Origin: Vitreimonas sp.
GTDB lineage: Bacteria; Patescibacteriota; Microgenomatia; UBA1400; PJMF01
DNA: 64,000 bases
NCBI GenBank assembly: GCA_035627515.1
Contig: DASPLQ010000012.1
Span: 1,034,331 to 1,098,330, forward strand
Direction: 5' to 3'
Of this stretch, positions 60,246-64,000 are shown in pieces. A program made the translations under genes and the position numbers. The notes below the pieces were generated by a model. The model was not told where the DNA came from and searched no databases. It saw only the letters and a program-made list of their open reading frames with translations. Position 1 is the stretch's first letter, and each line of letters begins with the position of its first letter.

Positions 60246-61085
60246 ATGGCACAAAAACGAATGATTGATAAAAAAATCAGTGTTTCTGAGAAAGTGGCTG
60301 ATTTAAAGAGTGATAAAGCAAAGTTGCTCTATACATGGGCAATCCCTCACGCTGACGATTTTGGGCTTCTTCCTGGCTCTGCTCGAACTATTAAAGCAGA
60401 AGTCATGCCAATGGAAGAGATAACTATGGAAGACATTGGTTTCCATTTGGAAGACATGGTGAGGGTGGGCCTACTTAAAGCGGTCACGATTGAATCCAAA
60501 GAATATTACTACATTGTCGATTTCAACAAACATCAAACTTTAAAGAAGGATCGTCAACCACAAACAATTGTGAATATACCTTTGAACAAAGATCCTAAAA
60601 AGAGTTGGGATAGCCTGGAAACTTTAATTAATCAAAGTGTAAATTCCAAAATGGAAACAAGTATTTCCAAATTGGAAGACAATGGAATCCAAATGGAGTC
60701 TGAAGTGAAGAGAAGTGAAGATAAGGGAAGTGAAGTGAAGTTAAGTACTGGCATCGCTGTCGCGAGCCCAGTAAAAAACAAAAGAGTAGCTGACATTAGA
60801 GAGATTTTAAATAAAAGAAGCTTTGAAACTACTCAACCTTCTTCCCAGATTTCAACTGAATGGCAAGACAAAGCAATACGATACATGGAAGCTCTTCATC
60901 TCAATCTAGAAGGAATAACTCGATCAAGGTGGTTCAAAGTCTTCAAGGATGCTCAGTCAGGAAAAAATGCGGGGAATTTAGAAAAAGCGTATTCGTACTT
61001 AATTGATTATCCAGGCAATTTAGATGACGAAGGCAAATTGAATTACTTTTTCCATATTTATAACCACGGACTGAAAAGTTCGTAG
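60246..61085 (+). CDS. Hypothetical protein (possible phage replication-associated)
   Basis: 279-aa ORF immediately following the previous gene. Confidence 0.5.
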   Translation: MAQKRMIDKKISVSEKVADLKSDKAKLLYTWAIPHADDFGLLPGSARTIKAEVMPMEEITMEDIGFHLEDMVRVGLLKAVTIESKEYYYIVDFNKHQTLKKDRQPQTIVNIPLNKDPKKSWDSLETLINQSVNSKMETSISKLEDNGIQMESEVKRSEDKGSEVKLSTGIAVASPVKNKRVADIREILNKRSFETTQPSSQISTEWQDKAIRYMEALHLNLEGITRSRWFKVFKDAQSGKNAGNLEKAYSYLIDYPGNLDDEGKLNYFFHIYNHGLKSS

Positions 61086-61094
61086 AAAGGCTGT

Positions 61095-61298
61095 ATGCCC
61101 ACAGCACTCTTTAAACCTAATTTTGCTCAGATGAGCCCACGCAGGCAAAAACTGATCAAGCAAGTTCTTAGTGAGATCGTAAAACGTCCGCTAAGTATGG
61201 AGAAAACTGAGCAAATCTATCATTTTTGCTCATCTCATTACCGAAGCATTTGTGACAGCAAACGAGGTTACTTAGCTTCTAAGAAAAAGGAGGCCTAG
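61095..61298 (+). CDS. Small hypothetical protein
   Basis: 67-aa ORF; basic. Confidence 0.3.
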   Translation: MPTALFKPNFAQMSPRRQKLIKQVLSEIVKRPLSMEKTEQIYHFCSSHYRSICDSKRGYLASKKKEA

Positions 61299-61534
61299 TG
61301 AACACCGACAGACTCAATAAAGTAGATTACTTCATTTCATTCGTTTGTCGAATTGTCCTGACGGTTCTCTGCTTTGGGGCACTCATGATTCTCTCAAAGA
61401 TAAGCGATAAGCCTGCCCTTGTTATGAATACATGTGGTGCCCTTGAGTCGTGTCAGGCTAACCATGGGCAATTTCGAACGTATCAAAGTAGGGAGCTACT
61501 CACATTTATGTGTGACGTTCCATTAAAACAATAA
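61298..61534 (+). CDS. Small hypothetical membrane protein
   Basis: 78 aa with one TM segment and several Cys residues. Confidence 0.3.
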   Translation: MNTDRLNKVDYFISFVCRIVLTVLCFGALMILSKISDKPALVMNTCGALESCQANHGQFRTYQSRELLTFMCDVPLKQ

Positions 61535-61542
61535 AGGCTTAA

Positions 61543-62118
61543 ATGAAAATTTTATATTTCGACGTAGAAACCACAGGAAGAGATGCCGTGAAGAATGATA
61601 TTACCCAGCTCTCTGGAGCTTTGGAAATTGATGGAAATATCGTTGAAGAGTTCAACTATAGACTTCAGCCAATAAACTGGGACACGGTTGAACCAGAAGC
61701 TTTAGAGGTAACGGGTATTAGTTTAGAAGAACTTAAAACGTTCCCTACGCCTGATAAAGCCTACAAAAGTTTTCTAGCGATGCTTGATAAACATATTAGT
61801 AAATTTGATCGTACAGACAAATTTTACCCTGCTGGCTACAACGTGCGATTTGACCTGGATTTCTTGGGTAATTTCTTTAAAAAGAACGGAAATAACTACT
61901 TTGGTTCGTACTGCAATTGGAAGGCAATTGATCCCTTGCCAATTCTGCAATTTATGGACGCACATAAAATGATTGCTTTGGAAAACTACAAACTGTCTAC
62001 GGTTTGTAATCACTTTGGGATCGAAATTCAGGCTCATGATGCCATGAGCGACATTATGGCGACGAAAAAACTCATCGCCAAAGTACGAGGTTTTATATCA
62101 ACCTCAGAAATTTTGTAA
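61543..62118 (+). CDS. DnaQ-like DEDDh 3'-5' exonuclease
   Basis: Exo I FDVETTG, Exo II YNVRFDLDFL and Exo III HDAMSD motifs. Confidence 0.75.
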   Translation: MKILYFDVETTGRDAVKNDITQLSGALEIDGNIVEEFNYRLQPINWDTVEPEALEVTGISLEELKTFPTPDKAYKSFLAMLDKHISKFDRTDKFYPAGYNVRFDLDFLGNFFKKNGNNYFGSYCNWKAIDPLPILQFMDAHKMIALENYKLSTVCNHFGIEIQAHDAMSDIMATKKLIAKVRGFISTSEIL

Positions 62119-62145
62119 TTATTTGAAATTTTATTTGGAGAAACT

Positions 62146-62379
62146 ATGACTAATGAAAACACTAAAAACCTAATTGGACTTAATCCTCAGCCAATGACGC
62201 TTGAAGAATTACCAGATTTATTAAAACCTGCGGAGGTAGCTCAATATCTCAGAGTTTCTGTTTTTACTGTGAAGCGATGGGCTAAGAAAGGAGCTATTGC
62301 CTCAATGAACATTAACAGCAGAGGAGATATTCGAATTAAAAAAGAAGAAGTTTTAAAAATGTTTGAAAGGAAAAACTAA
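62146..62379 (+). CDS. Excisionase-family HTH DNA-binding protein (HTH_17/Xis-like)
   Basis: PAEVAQYLRVSVFTVKRWAKKG...RIKKEEV. Confidence 0.6.
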   Translation: MTNENTKNLIGLNPQPMTLEELPDLLKPAEVAQYLRVSVFTVKRWAKKGAIASMNINSRGDIRIKKEEVLKMFERKN

Positions 62380-62380
62380 T

Positions 62381-62614
62381 ATGTTCATACCCGACAACGA
62401 CAACGATCAAGTAAAGCCATCCATCACTATTGAGAATATGCCGAAGCTCTTAAAACCTTGTGAAGCAGCAGAAATCTTTAGAGTGACACCACTTACTGTT
62501 AAACGTTGGATCAAAAGAGGTCATTTGGAATCCACCAAGATTAATTCTCGAGGTGATAATCGTATACCAAGAGAGAGCGTATTGAGGTTAGCTGAAAAAG
62601 GGTTTGGAGCATAG
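62381..62614 (+). CDS. Excisionase-family HTH DNA-binding protein, tandem paralog
   Basis: PCEAAEIFRVTPLTVKRWIKRG...RIPRESV. Paralogous to the preceding gene. Confidence 0.6.
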   Translation: MFIPDNDNDQVKPSITIENMPKLLKPCEAAEIFRVTPLTVKRWIKRGHLESTKINSRGDNRIPRESVLRLAEKGFGA

Positions 62615-63053
62615 CAAAGGTATTATGAGAAAAAACATCAAAAATTATACGAGCAGAGATACTGTCACCAAATCTCTCAATCATATTCAACAACTTTTAG
62701 CTTCTAAAAAGGCTGAAAAGATCATGATTGATTACAAAGATGGTGAACCAGTTGCTATTACTTTTTTAATAAATTCACCTAAAGGTTTATTGCCAATTAG
62801 ATTGCCAGCCAGAATAGAAGGTGTGGCAGCGGTAATGTATGGGGCACGACTTAATCAACTAAATAACCAAGCTCTTGATCAAGTTAAGCGAACAGCGTGG
62901 AAAAATATCTTTGACTGGATTGACGCTCAAATTGCACTCGTTGAAACAGAGATGGTTAAACTAGAAGAGGTGTTCTTGCCCTATATAGTAATCGGCCAAT
63001 ATACAGTATTTGAAAAGTTTGAATCAGGTACTTTATTAGGAGATGGACAATGA
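62604..63053 (+). CDS. Hypothetical protein
   Basis: 149-aa ORF. An alternative start is at 62625. Confidence 0.45.
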   Translation: MEHSKGIMRKNIKNYTSRDTVTKSLNHIQQLLASKKAEKIMIDYKDGEPVAITFLINSPKGLLPIRLPARIEGVAAVMYGARLNQLNNQALDQVKRTAWKNIFDWIDAQIALVETEMVKLEEVFLPYIVIGQYTVFEKFESGTLLGDGQ

Positions 63054-63463
63054 AACTAGAACAACAAGTCGTCTCACCAGAACTCGCCAAACAAATTAAA
63101 GAAGCTGGTTATCCCCAGGATTCACATTTCTGGCATTGGTTTGATGATAATAAAAAATATATTGGTATTACTGATTGGCTTTCCATTACAGAACTAAACC
63201 CTGGTCATGGTCCATCTGATGTAGCCAAGTATAAAAATTATATTGCCGCCCCCACCGTCGCTGAGTTGGGTGAGAAGTTGCCAGGACTGATTAACTACAA
63301 AGGACTTAAAAACCTCTACGCTTCTTTTTACAAATCAGTACTTTTTGAATGTGGTTATTTTGATGTTGATGATAAGAGTTATTTTGAATCATCAGAAGAC
63401 AAATCAGAAGCAGATGCCAGAGCCAAGTGTTGGTTATATCTGAAAAAGGAGGGTTTGCTATGA
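63050..63463 (+). CDS. Hypothetical protein
   Basis: 137-aa ORF with ATGA overlap to the upstream gene. Confidence 0.45.
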   Translation: MKLEQQVVSPELAKQIKEAGYPQDSHFWHWFDDNKKYIGITDWLSITELNPGHGPSDVAKYKNYIAAPTVAELGEKLPGLINYKGLKNLYASFYKSVLFECGYFDVDDKSYFESSEDKSEADARAKCWLYLKKEGLL

Positions 63464-63735
63464 CAGCACACTTAACTAAAGAACAAGAAGAACGGTTTGA
63501 CGGGAAATTTAAAAAAATTACAGGTAATGACAGGTTGGGAGAGCACTGGATTACTGGCCTAAAAGGCATTGAGGAATATGAGTTAGTTGATGTGAAACAA
63601 CAGATGGCTGAAGAGATTGAGAGAGCTGTGGAATTGGAGAGACTAAAGATTGCTAAAGACATGAAAAATGCTTTTGAAGCTCAAGGCAGAAATTTAGAAA
63701 CATTAGATGGCTTTATGAACTGGTCTAGAGAATAA
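63460..63735 (+). CDS. Hypothetical protein
   Basis: RBS AAGGAGG precedes ATG 63460. Confidence 0.45.
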   Translation: MTAHLTKEQEERFDGKFKKITGNDRLGEHWITGLKGIEEYELVDVKQQMAEEIERAVELERLKIAKDMKNAFEAQGRNLETLDGFMNWSRE

Positions 63736-63761
63736 CTAACTAACAAGGAATAAAGGATTTT

Positions 63762-63953
63762 ATGGAAGAAAAGTATCTCAATTATGTGCATAAAAACGGG
63801 TATGTGTCAGGATATTTATTTAATCTAGTAGTTTACGCCATTATCTACAAACTGTTTGGCGTTGAGTGGCTAATTGTCTTTGGTATTGCCCACATCAACA
63901 CTGATCAAGATTGGACAAACATTTTACTTTTTAAAAACAAAAAGAAAGAATAA
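63762..63953 (+). CDS. Small membrane protein (holin-like size)
   Basis: 63 aa with one or two hydrophobic helices. Confidence 0.3.
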   Translation: MEEKYLNYVHKNGYVSGYLFNLVVYAIIYKLFGVEWLIVFGIAHINTDQDWTNILLFKNKKKE

Positions 63954-64000
63954 AGGAGCTTATGAAAGAAAGATTTATACCCATGGAGGCCAAGGGTCAG

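Larger units (their letters stand above)
57099..64000 (+). mobile_element. Phage-like module (possible prophage or phage-derived island; right end beyond the window)
   Basis: A co-directional run of small genes includes Rpf-type transglycosylase, Sak4-like ATPase, YopX-like protein, DEDDh exonuclease and tandem Xis-type HTH genes. The region appears AT-richer than the dcw cluster. No integrase or tRNA was seen. Confidence 0.4.

Noticed and set aside
1-64000. Search for CRISPR arrays, tRNA/rRNA genes, integrase or transposase
   Set aside because: No evenly spaced direct-repeat array was found. No cloverleaf-like tRNA candidates were seen in intergenic regions. No tyrosine or serine recombinase or transposase motifs were seen. 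These elements appear to be absent from this window.

Overview
The window looks like a contiguous chromosomal segment of a small-genome, peptidoglycan-containing bacterium. Gene content and style resemble Patescibacteria/CPR (Saccharibacteria-like), but that lineage call is inference only. Genes are densely packed, with many 4-nt ATGA stop/start overlaps. Five blocks are recognisable.

1. A roughly 33-kb cell-surface glycan biosynthesis locus (about 1-15.8 kb and 18.6-33.5 kb). It holds many GT4 and GT2 glycosyltransferases, two Dpm1/ArnC-like polyprenyl-phosphate sugar synthases, two GT-C PMT/ArnT-like membrane transferases, an O-antigen-ligase-like protein, a flippase, and GDP-mannose/GDP-fucose/UDP-ManNAc/amino-sugar enzymes. 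A polyprenyl-P sugar phosphotransferase and a DUF4012-like protein are also present.

2. A ruvC-[unknown]-ruvA-ruvB block embedded in that locus.

3. recO, an HExxH protein, and a T-box-like leader with terminator/antiterminator upstream of glycyl-tRNA synthetase.

4. A non-canonical division/cell-wall (dcw) cluster: mraZ-rsmH-ftsL-ftsI-[reverse orphan]-murE-yvcK-murC-mazG-like-murB-murA-mraY-ftsW-murG-ftsQ-ftsA-ftsZ. A 711-bp non-coding, repeat-bearing region lies upstream of mraZ.

5. A phage-like module after the ftsZ terminator. It contains an Rpf-type transglycosylase, a Sak4-like ATPase, a YopX-like protein, a DEDDh exonuclease, and tandem Xis-type HTH paralogs, and runs to the window edge.

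No rRNA, tRNA or CRISPR array was found. All protein assignments come from motif recognition by eye; no searches were run.
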